Shown here: positions 1-9,200 of the stretch, in pieces | Layout: each line of letters begins with the position of its first letter | How positions within the stretch are numbered: the stretch's first letter is position 1 | DNA from: Candidatus Latescibacterota bacterium | Lineage (GTDB): Bacteria > Latescibacterota > UBA2968 > UBA8231 | DNA: 64,000 nucleotides | Reading direction: 5' to 3' | Assembly (NCBI GenBank): GCA_965204725.1 | Contig: OZ242005.1 | Location: 3,360,001-3,424,000, forward strand | The notes under the pieces: generated by a model | What the model was told of the DNA's origin: nothing | The model's database searches: none | What the model saw: only the letters and a program-made list of their open reading frames with translations | Program-made: the position numbers and the translations under genes

Positions 1-2
1 AG

Positions 3-383
3 AGGCATCCAGAGGTCCGCTTTGTCGCCAATCACCTAGGGCTGCCCGCGCTACCCGGCGGCCCCGATGCCCAAGATGCGACATACGGAGGACTGCTGCA
101 GGCAGCGGCCTATCCCAATTTGTCGATCAAAGCATCGGGCTTCTACGCGGCGGCGGCGACTCCTTGGGATTTCCGCTGCCCCCAAGCACTGGCCTTCTTC
201 AGCCATCTGCTCAAGGGGTTGGGTGCCGACCGGCTGCTGTGGGGGTCGGATTGGCCGCCGGTCAGCCGCCATATCACGTACCAGCAGAGTTTGGAAATAA
301 TCCGCACTGTTGCCATGGAACTGGACGAGGGGGATCGGGCCAAAGTGCTGGGGGACAACGCCGTCCGGGTGTACGGGATTTGA
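3..383 (+). CDS. Amidohydrolase_2 family protein (sugar lactonase-like), 5'-truncated by window edge
   Basis: Frame open from base 3: FVANHLGLP...NLSIKASGF...RLLWGSDWP...VLGDNAVRVY. Confidence 0.85.
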   Translation, partial: RHPEVRFVANHLGLPALPGGPDAQDATYGGLLQAAAYPNLSIKASGFYAAAATPWDFRCPQALAFFSHLLKGLGADRLLWGSDWPPVSRHITYQQSLEIIRTVAMELDEGDRAKVLGDNAVRVYGI

Positions 384-612
384 GCGACACCTGTCTAGAC
401 CCGGGCTGAGGAACCGTTGGTTCTATCAGTTCGTCCGCAATTGGCAAGGGGAATGATTGGGCGGAATACCGACATCGGGCGTCTCGCCGATGCTTCGCGC
501 CGGAAGGAATCGCTGGACGTGGGCTACGTGCGGGTCTTCTCGACCGGGATCAATAACACAGACTGAATAATTCGCTTCTATACGAGGTACTGACCACGAG
601 GAGGAACCCCCA

Positions 613-2433
613 ATGGCTCGCGTATCCATTGCCGCTAAGACCCGCAAAACCCCGCCCGATTGGGCCGTGCGTCAACGCGACTTGATCGCCCTGATGGACC
701 GCGCGGCCCGTCCCTTTGTCGAGCACAGTACCCGTCCAGATGGCACCCTGATCCAGCGCACGGAGTGGACCAGCATGGACGGCACGGACAATGGCTACGA
801 GGCCTTCCTCTCGTTCCCTCTGTTTTACCTGCTCGGCGGCGGCGAGCACATCTATCAGATCGCCTGCAAAGAGTGGGATGCCATCACTTGGCAGTACGCC
901 AACTACGGCACGGTCGAGCGCGAGTTTGTCACTGGCTTTGACTGGTTCCACCACTCCGAGAGCTATACCTATATCTACTATCTGGCCTTGGCCGATCCCG
1001 CCCACCACATCAACCGCGCCCGCGCCCTGCGCTACGCCGCCATGTACACCGGCACCGACCCGCTGGCCCCCAACTGGGACGCCCAGCGCAAAATGATCCG
1101 CTCGCCGCTCAACGGCAGCAAAGGCCCGCGCTTTGTCACTACCCAAGTTGATTGGGATTACCATCGGCCCATCCTAGCCCATTATCTGGCCCCCTTTGAG
1201 GATATTTTAGGGGCCGATAGCTCCGACCCGCTCTTCAAGGTTGACTGGACGGACGACGACGTGTTCGCCCAAGTCCTCAGCTTGATCAACCAGCGCATGA
1301 CCCGCGGCGACGTGCCCCTCAACTTGAGTGCCGCCAGCCTGATCACCAACGCCTATCTCTACACCGGCGACGACCAGTACAAAACTTGGGTGCTCGATTA
1401 TTTGCAGGCGTGGGAGGAGCGATGCGAGGCCAACGGCGGCATTATGCCCGATAATATTGGCCCCGAGGGAACCATTGGCGAGTTGATGGACGGCAAGTGG
1501 TGGGGCGGGTACTACGGCTGGCGCTGGCCGCATGGGGCGCGCAACATTGTCGAGCCGGCGCTAGTGGCCGGCAGTTGCGCCCTGCTTATGACCGGCGATG
1601 ACTCCCATTTGGACTTGGCCCGCTCGCAGCTCGACAGGCTGTGGGAACAGCGGCGCGAGGAGGATGGCCGCGTCAAGGTGCCGGCCCGCCATGGCGACCA
1701 AGGCTGGTTTGATTTTCGGCCGCCCGACCCCTACTTGTATATTCATTTATATTACCTGAGCCAAAGCGAGCGGGATTTGGCCCGCCTCGACGAAGTCTTT
1801 CCCGACCGCACCGCTTTTGCCGGCCTGCCCCCCGACTGGGGTGCTGCCAAAGCCGGTATCTGTCCGCCGATGGCTTGGTTCGCCTTTATTGAAGGCAAAA
1901 ACCGAGGCTACGTCGATCAGGCGATCAACTCGACCTACTCCAGCATCTGCCACAGTCTGAATCGCCTAGAAAACGACGACAGCGATCCCGAGACACGCGA
2001 GTGCTACCACTTCCAGAGGCTCAATCCGGTGCTGCCCGAAGCCCTGATCCAGATGGCCTTGGGCACGCCAGCCGCGATTTACAACGGCGGGATGCTCCAG
2101 GCCCATCTGCGCTACTTTGACCCGCAGCGTCGTCGTTCCGGTCTGCCCGAGTATGTCGCGGCGCTAGTGGATCAGGTCCATGCCGACGGGGTCAGCCTGA
2201 CGCTGGTGAATACGGACTTGGTGGAAGGTCGCTCCGTCCTGTTGCAGGCCGGTTCCTTCGGCGAGCACCAATTCACAGGTGCTCGACTAGAGATAGAAGC
2301 CGGCCCAGATCAGTCCATTGAGGTAGCGGACCCGTATCTTCAGGTGCATTTAGGCCCGGCGGCTCAGGCCCGCTTGCATCTTGGGCTGAAGCGCTTTGCT
2401 CGCTCGCCCTCCTACAGTTTCCCTGCTTTTTGA
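613..2433 (+). CDS. Conserved uncharacterised 606-aa protein, possibly an alpha/alpha-barrel enzyme
   Basis: Long ORF with GC-rich codon bias, RBS GAGGAGG upstream, aromatic-rich motifs (DWFHHSE, WWGGYYGWRWPHG); function not recognised. Confidence 0.75.
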   Translation: MARVSIAAKTRKTPPDWAVRQRDLIALMDRAARPFVEHSTRPDGTLIQRTEWTSMDGTDNGYEAFLSFPLFYLLGGGEHIYQIACKEWDAITWQYANYGTVEREFVTGFDWFHHSESYTYIYYLALADPAHHINRARALRYAAMYTGTDPLAPNWDAQRKMIRSPLNGSKGPRFVTTQVDWDYHRPILAHYLAPFEDILGADSSDPLFKVDWTDDDVFAQVLSLINQRMTRGDVPLNLSAASLITNAYLYTGDDQYKTWVLDYLQAWEERCEANGGIMPDNIGPEGTIGELMDGKWWGGYYGWRWPHGARNIVEPALVAGSCALLMTGDDSHLDLARSQLDRLWEQRREEDGRVKVPARHGDQGWFDFRPPDPYLYIHLYYLSQSERDLARLDEVFPDRTAFAGLPPDWGAAKAGICPPMAWFAFIEGKNRGYVDQAINSTYSSICHSLNRLENDDSDPETRECYHFQRLNPVLPEALIQMALGTPAAIYNGGMLQAHLRYFDPQRRRSGLPEYVAALVDQVHADGVSLTLVNTDLVEGRSVLLQAGSFGEHQFTGARLEIEAGPDQSIEVADPYLQVHLGPAAQARLHLGLKRFARSPSYSFPAF

Positions 2434-2449
2434 GCACCTAGGATCGCGT

Positions 2450-2478
2450 TTGACGAGGAATACGGTCTCCAGTATTTT
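2450..2478 (+). promoter_or_regulatory. Putative sigma70 promoter
   Basis: TTGACG-17 nt-TATTTT upstream of the ORF at 2543. Confidence 0.45.
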
Positions 2479-2494
2479 CCTACCAACTTGTGGT

Positions 2495-2528
2495 GCGACC
2501 GGCAATTGGCTGCTGGTCGCCTTTTTTT
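2495..2528 (+). terminator. Intrinsic terminator-like hairpin
   Basis: GCGACCGGCA/TGCTGGTCGC stem (one G-U pair), 6-nt loop, followed by C and T7. Confidence 0.6.
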
Positions 2529-2542
2529 GAAAGGGATACACG

Positions 2543-5500
2543 TTGCGCCGAGCGATTTTTTCCGCCATTGCCGCGCTGTTCCTCGCCGGAGCGGCGCAGG
2601 CCCAGATACAAACCATCGTCACGGATCACTTCCGGGTCCATTTCTCGCGGGGGGCCGAGGGCACCGCGCGGCGAGTGGCCGAAACCTGCGAGGAAGTCTT
2701 TCCCACCCTCGCCGCGGCCTACGACTACTACGACGATTTTCGCACCATCCACGTCATCGTCCTCGACAACTCCGACGTGCTAGGCAACGGCTGGGCCAAC
2801 TACTACAGCAATACCATGGCCATTTGGGCCACGAGTCTCGACTTTGAACTGCGCGGCAGCCACGATTGGATCAAAAACGTGGTCACGCACGAGTTGACGC
2901 ATATTATGACGCTCAACAAGGCGCGCAAGAAATGGCCCTTTCAGTTTGCGCTGCTCTCGGTCTCGCGTTTCGACTCCAATCCAGACATTGCGTTTCAGTT
3001 CCCCCTGTACCATCTCAACGCCCCGCGTGGCTGGACCGAGGGCATTGCCCAGTACGGGGCGCACAAATTCGGCTACGATTCTTGGGATTCGCACCGCGAC
3101 ATGTTGCTGCGGATGGCAGTGCTCGAAGACGATCTGCTGTCGTGGGAGGAGATGGGGACGGTTGGGGACCGCACGGGCAAGTTCTACGGCGAGTTCGTGT
3201 ACAATCAGGGCTACGCGATGATGGTGTACATCCATCAGCAGTACGGCGCTGAGAAGGTCGATGAGCTGACGCATCAGATCGGCTCGATGAGCTTCGACCC
3301 GGCCATTCGCCGGGTGTTGGGCATTTCCGCCGACCAGTTTTACGCGGATTGGGTGGCCTTCTTAGGCGAGAACTACGGTCGCCTCCAGTCCGAGATTCGC
3401 GGGCAGGGCTTTTTTCAGGGGGCGTCGTTGGACGAAGTCAACGAGGGCGTGCTCGAATATCATCCCGCGCTGTCGCCGGACGGCAAAAAACTGGCGTACC
3501 TCACCAGCGAGAAGCAGGACTACGCAATCACGGCCCTCAAGATCTACGATTTTGCGACGCAGAAAAAGACCAAGCTCAAAGGTCGGATCGCTACGCGAAT
3601 TGGCTGGTCGCCCGACGGGAAGGAGATCGTCTTTGTCCGCAACAAGGGCGGTTTTAACGACCTCTATATCTACAACTTGGCCGAGGACGAGGAGCGCCGC
3701 ATCAGCGCTCGGCTGCGAGCCAAAGACCCCTCGTTTTCCCCCGATGGCCAGCGCGTCGCCTTTGTCCACAATGAGGACGGGACCAACAACCTCGGCCTCA
3801 TAGATCGCGATGGCACGGACTTGGTCTATCTAACCAACAACAACGATGCCACCCAATACAGTGGGCCGCGCTTCTCGCCCGACGGCGAGTGGTTACTCTT
3901 TAGCGTGTTCCGCGGCGAAGACCGCGACATTGCGATGATCCGCGCCGATAGCCCGCCGCGGCCCAAGACCTTTAAGAAGGCCAAGGCGAAGAAGAGCGAA
4001 GACGAAGAAGGCGCGGAGGAAACCATCGACGTCTTTCCCGATACTGTTGCGTTTGCCCACCCTGATTCGTCGGGGTTTCGTGCGGTCGTTGCCTCGCCGG
4101 CCGACGAGCGCGACCCGCACTGGCTGCCCGATGGCTCGGGTTTTGTGTTTTCGTCGGACCAGAGCGGCATTTTCAACATCTACCGCTATCGCTTGGCAAA
4201 CGACGAAGTCGAACAGCTAACCAACGTCATCGGCGGGGCCTTTGTGCCGACCGTAGCGGCCGACGAGCGCGTGGTGTACAGTGGCTACCACTCCAACGAC
4301 TATAGCCTCTACCGCTTTGAGATGGGCGAATTCGAGCGCGCGGCCCACTTTGAGCCGGTGGCTATGCGCGACTATCGCTCCATTTTCGATGGCCCCAAGC
4401 TCGACGATCAGTACCAAATCGCGTCGTACCGGGGGCGCAATGTCTTGCGCTACATCCCGATTTTACAGGTCGGCCCCACGTTTGTCGGCAACGCCTTTGG
4501 CCTCAATCAAGCCAGCGGCGGCTTGCAGTTTTCCACCGGGGACATGTTCGGCGGTCAAGAACTGACGGCTTGGGGGATCGTCGGCAAGAACGTGCGCGAC
4601 GCCACTGATCTCAACACGGATGTCGGCTTTTTCTATGAGCGTCGGCTTAGGCCCCAAGTGGGCAACAACCGGACCTTCAACCCCTCGTTTTACATAGCGG
4701 CCCGGCGACGCGAGATCGACAACTTGGTCAAGGCCCGCGCAATCGATCCCCCCGACACGCTCGCGGCGTCCACGCTCTACCCGGTCCCGGTCGATTCGGT
4801 CTCCAGCGTGCTCATCCCGGCCGTTGAGCAACACATCTATCAGTACACGAGTCGCCAAGATTTGTTCAAGACCGTCTTGGGGCAACTCGCCGTGGGCATT
4901 GATGTGCCGCTGACTCGGCGTACCGAGTTGAACGCCCTCTATCTGTGGCGCAACTACGCTGAGAGTTGGACCTTGCGCCGCTTCCGCAGCAAAAGTCAGA
5001 TCTATTTGGTGCAAGACGGCGTCGATATGTCGGAAGTCTTAGACCCGGCTCTTTTGGGCCAAGACACCCTGTTGGTTGACAGCGCAGATCCGCTGAAATT
5101 CTACGGCGACCTCAGCTTTTTTCGCACCCATCTTTTGAGCGCGTCTTGGCGCTACCAGAAGATCAATCCCACGGCCGACCGCTCGATCAACCCATCGGGT
5201 CGCGCCTTGTCCTTGGTCTATCGCTACCTGCTGCCGACTGTGGCCGATTCGCTGGCCGAGCAAACCCCCACCGATGGAGTCCCCCGCGATCAGTTCGTCG
5301 GGGTTGAGCGCCGCCTGCGGGTCAACGAATACGTGGCCGCGTACAACGAGCGGATCAGGCTGCCGTTCAACAATTCGCTCAACATTGAGCTCGTTGGCGC
5401 GTACAAAAACATTCGGCTCAAGCCTCGCTATACCGAGGAGGGCGGCTTTCTTGAGGGCCGCTTCTACTGGCCCCTGCGCTACTATGTCGGCGGGCGCAAC

Positions 5501-5968
5501 TTCCTCAGCGGCTATCCCTATTTCACCGACTCTGGCTCCAAGCTGCTCTACGCCCGTATCGGCTATGGGTTTCCGCTCCTCAGACGCATCAGCAGCCGCT
5601 TTATCAACTTCAGCTTTTCCAAGCTCTACGCCGAGCTATTCGCCGAAGCCGGGGCGGTGGGCAATTTCTCGCGCTTTGAGGACATTGACTTCTGGAAGGG
5701 AAAGCGATGGCGGTCTTGGCCCAACACCGACAAGTTTCTGACTAACGTGGGCGGCGAGTTGCGACTACAGCTTTTTACCTTCTACCGCATCCCCATGTTC
5801 GCCTATTTCCAAGTGGCACGTCCGATCGAGTCAGGGCGAGTGGAGCGGATCGAACCACTACCGTCCGAGGACGACCCAAACCCCGAACCCTATCTGACCG
5901 TGAGGGACTCCCAAGGCAACGTGGACAGGATCGACGAGTGGCACTTCTACTTTGGGTTTGGGCTGTAA
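2543..5968 (+). CDS. Secreted/outer-membrane protein: gluzincin peptidase MA-like domain + PD40/TolB propeller + Omp85/BamA-like beta-barrel
   Basis: Signal peptide (AAQA|QI), HELTH...WTEGIAQY zinc motif, repeated SPDG blades, amphipathic C-terminal strands ending YFGFGL. Confidence 0.8.
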   Translation: MRRAIFSAIAALFLAGAAQAQIQTIVTDHFRVHFSRGAEGTARRVAETCEEVFPTLAAAYDYYDDFRTIHVIVLDNSDVLGNGWANYYSNTMAIWATSLDFELRGSHDWIKNVVTHELTHIMTLNKARKKWPFQFALLSVSRFDSNPDIAFQFPLYHLNAPRGWTEGIAQYGAHKFGYDSWDSHRDMLLRMAVLEDDLLSWEEMGTVGDRTGKFYGEFVYNQGYAMMVYIHQQYGAEKVDELTHQIGSMSFDPAIRRVLGISADQFYADWVAFLGENYGRLQSEIRGQGFFQGASLDEVNEGVLEYHPALSPDGKKLAYLTSEKQDYAITALKIYDFATQKKTKLKGRIATRIGWSPDGKEIVFVRNKGGFNDLYIYNLAEDEERRISARLRAKDPSFSPDGQRVAFVHNEDGTNNLGLIDRDGTDLVYLTNNNDATQYSGPRFSPDGEWLLFSVFRGEDRDIAMIRADSPPRPKTFKKAKAKKSEDEEGAEETIDVFPDTVAFAHPDSSGFRAVVASPADERDPHWLPDGSGFVFSSDQSGIFNIYRYRLANDEVEQLTNVIGGAFVPTVAADERVVYSGYHSNDYSLYRFEMGEFERAAHFEPVAMRDYRSIFDGPKLDDQYQIASYRGRNVLRYIPILQVGPTFVGNAFGLNQASGGLQFSTGDMFGGQELTAWGIVGKNVRDATDLNTDVGFFYERRLRPQVGNNRTFNPSFYIAARRREIDNLVKARAIDPPDTLAASTLYPVPVDSVSSVLIPAVEQHIYQYTSRQDLFKTVLGQLAVGIDVPLTRRTELNALYLWRNYAESWTLRRFRSKSQIYLVQDGVDMSEVLDPALLGQDTLLVDSADPLKFYGDLSFFRTHLLSASWRYQKINPTADRSINPSGRALSLVYRYLLPTVADSLAEQTPTDGVPRDQFVGVERRLRVNEYVAAYNERIRLPFNNSLNIELVGAYKNIRLKPRYTEEGGFLEGRFYWPLRYYVGGRNFLSGYPYFTDSGSKLLYARIGYGFPLLRRISSRFINFSFSKLYAELFAEAGAVGNFSRFEDIDFWKGKRWRSWPNTDKFLTNVGGELRLQLFTFYRIPMFAYFQVARPIESGRVERIEPLPSEDDPNPEPYLTVRDSQGNVDRIDEWHFYFGFGL

Positions 5969-6020
5969 GGGGCGACAGCAAAAAACGGGAGAAAGATATA
6001 GCCATCCTACATCCTTCAAG

Positions 6021-6070
6021 ACTGGATTCCCGCCCCGTGTCGGGGCACGGGGTGACGTTCTTTTGCGGGA
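6021..6070. repeat. REP-like palindromic element (dRS3/CGTC-type TGGATTCCCGC...GCGGGA with inner hairpin)
   Basis: Nested stems TCCCGC/GCGGGA and CCCCGTG/CACGGGG between convergent genes. Confidence 0.6.
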
Positions 6071-6236
6071 GAGTGGCCGATCTGAAAGGAATACGCAACA
6101 TACAAATGACGCCTGATAGGCAAAAAAGACCGTGCCGATCAACATTCCACGCTTTCGAGTCATTTAGGACTGCTATATACCGCTACGGTCAGTAGAAGCC
6201 AGCACAAGCCTTCTTTTGAAAAATCTGGCTCTGGTT

Positions 6237-9200
6237 TCAGTCCCCCTCCCGCTGCGGCAACTGCTCGGCGTAGTAGCGGCGGCTCTCCGCGGATAAGGTG
6301 CGCCAGACCAAGAACTGCTTGCGCACGTCGTCCAAAAAGGTGCGCACCACCCGCTGCCACGTCGCCAGATCGCCCGCGACCAACGCCAAGTCAACGTGGA
6401 TGTCGCAGTAGTGCGGGTCCGCCCCGGGCGCGATCTCCATCGCGGTCTTTTGCATCACTCCTTGGTCAAACGGCGCCAACCACACCTGCGCCGCCACGCG
6501 CACCCGATCCCCCACCTGCTCCACCTGCAGGGCCTCGACGTAAAATCCCGCCCCGATTGACTGCTCCCGATGCGCCGCCCACGATTCCGCTTGGAACGCC
6601 GCCATGCCCAAGGCTTCGCGCCGCGCCAGCGAAAAGGGCAGTTGCACACGCAAATGCTCGCCCTCAACGACCGGCAGCTTCCACCGCCGTTCAATCCCCG
6701 GCGTGCAGATGCGCCCGGCCATGCGCGCCGGATAGAGCGCGGACGCCACCACCAACAGCGCGATCGCCCCGACCGTGAGCACCGCCCCCAGCGACGAGTA
6801 ATTCAGTTCCAAGCCGGGCAAAAATCCCCCTCGACCCAAAAGCTGGGCCGCGCCCTGCCCCAGCAAATAGCCAGCGACCGTGCCGACCACGCCCAAAGCC
6901 ACGGCCTCGGCCATGAACAGCCCGCTAACGTGCCTAGGGGCTAAGCCAACCGCGTTAAAGGTGCCGATTTCCTGCGTGCGCTCGTACACGGCCCCGAGCA
7001 TCGTGTTGAACACGATCAACGCGGCGATTAGCAGCGGCACGATCAGCGACCCCCACCCAGACACCGAGGCCACCCCAACCGAATTGACGAGCAAGCACTG
7101 CCCCTTGAGGCCGGCGAACAAGTTCAAATCCAACGTCTCCGCTAGCTGGGTCAGCGCAGCGCACGTCTCGGCTGGGGTTCCGTCCAACCGGATCCCCACC
7201 GACGCCAGCCGCGCCCTTTCCCAGCGAATCAGCGCGGCAAACGGCAAGACCGGCGTTGCCGACGCCGGCAAATGGGCAAACGGCCGCAACGTCCCTCCCT
7301 GCCCCCGCCCCACTTCTGCTTCCGAAGGTTGTTGCGCCTCTGGATCCAACGGAGTCAGGGGTTCGCCATTTAGATCGAGCCGGTCCAGCGCGTCATCTGC
7401 GAGCAGTCCAACCACCCGAAACACTTCCCCAAAAACCCGCACCCGTTCCTGCTCCAACCCCGCCGCGCTTATCCCCAAAGAATCGGCCAATCCCACGGGC
7501 AACAGGCAGGCGTCTTCTTCCCCGGGCCGCAGCCACCGTCCAGCGACCACCTCCGGCCCGAGCAAATCCTCTTCTTGCGCCGCCAGCCCGACAAACCCCC
7601 AGACCCCAACCGCTCGCTCCTCCGCGTCCTCCCGCTCAACTCGATAGGACGACGCCAGCGATTGCACCGACAGCCACGCCCGCGGCGCGACCTGCTCCGC
7701 GCCAAACCAATCGCGCAACAGGTCGTAGCCTTCCATCTCCATGGCCTGCCAGCCCGGCATCCGCACCAACGCGCCCTCGTATGCCGCGCCCGCGCCAATC
7801 GCAATCCAATTTGTGTGCAGCGCAGCGCGGATCGACGTGAAGGACAGCACGGCAAAGGTCAACAGCACCAGCGTCGCGCAGGTCAGCCCGGTGCGCCACG
7901 GCCGCCGCCGCAAATGCGCCAACCCCACGGCGATTGAGGTCAGCACCGCGCCCGACCGCTGTACCGCAATGGCTCGGCCGCCCTCGCTCAACGCCTGCAA
8001 CTCCCGATTTAACCGCGACATCCCCAGAAACGCGACCAAAATCCCCAACGCCAAGATGACGAAGCCGAGCAGGATGATCGCCGGCGAGATCGACAACTCA
8101 AAGGCCGGATGCACATAGCGCAGGGCGACAAAGCCGACGAGAAAGAGCGCGAAATACCCCAATACCTGCCGCCGCAAATCGGCAAACCCAAACGCCAACC
8201 GCTCGGCAAAGTGGGCAAAGGGAATCAGCACGGCCAATAAAAAGAGCGCGCCTTGCACCACTCCAGCTTGTGTGCGCTCCACGTCCCGATACGCGGCCGC
8301 GGCCAGTGCCCAAGCGCGCCGCGCCCGATCGACAAAGTCCCGGTGCCGATGCTCGGCGCGCGCTGCGGCCGCTGCTTTGAGCAACCCAGCGGACCGCTCG
8401 TGAAAGGCCGCCAGCCGCTCATTGCGTACGCCGTGTCGCTCCAGCCGCTCAATCCGCTCACCGTTGAGCACGTGCATATCAACAGCCACCCGATACACCG
8501 TCTCCACGACGCGCCCTCGCCCATCAACCGCATAGCCCAATCCGCTCGGCGCGTCCCGCGTCCCATTGAGCAACAGCAGGCGTCGCCCCAATCCATAGCG
8601 ACCCGTCGCCATTACGGCCTTGAACCGCGTGGCAGGCCGCGTAAACAGTACGCCGACCGGCTCCGTCCACGACCGCACCCGATTCTCATAGCTGAACAAC
8701 TCCATTTCTGGCGCCGTCAGCGGCAGGCAGGCCCCGTACACCACGGGTTCGGCTTCCTGCACCGCGTCAATCGCTTGTACGCGCTCCAAGGTCAACAAAT
8801 TGCGCGGATCAAAAATCCCAAACAGCGTCGTCCCCCGCAGCGGTGCGGTGACGATCTGCACCTCTTCCTCGGCGCTATCCATCAGCACCGTCAGCGCACG
8901 CCCGGGCAACCGGCGCTCCCCATTGATTCCCCAGTCCGGCGCGTCCGTCACCGCTCCGGTCTCCGCATTGAGCCGATACGCCTCCAACCGCACCGGCTGC
9001 GTGTAAATGATGCCCGACTCAACCCCGGGAATGGCAAACCGCCCCGAATCATCGGCCACCGCCCAAAAATCCGGCCGCACCCCCGCCAATGTCGGCTGGC
9101 GCACCCGCACCCGCACCAACGCCCCGGCCGTCGGCTCATCCGGCAGATAGCTGCGCGGCCCGTAGTGGACCACCTCGCCGCGAATGGTGCCAAACGCATC

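Noticed and set aside
453-566. Short ORF containing SLDVGYVRVF, reminiscent of the GH16 C-terminal strand
   Set aside because: One short motif with no catalytic region; could be chance.
6123-6195. AFESFRTAIYRYG resembling an ISL3 transposase C-terminus
   Set aside because: Too short, with no terminal inverted repeat or further transposase sequence.
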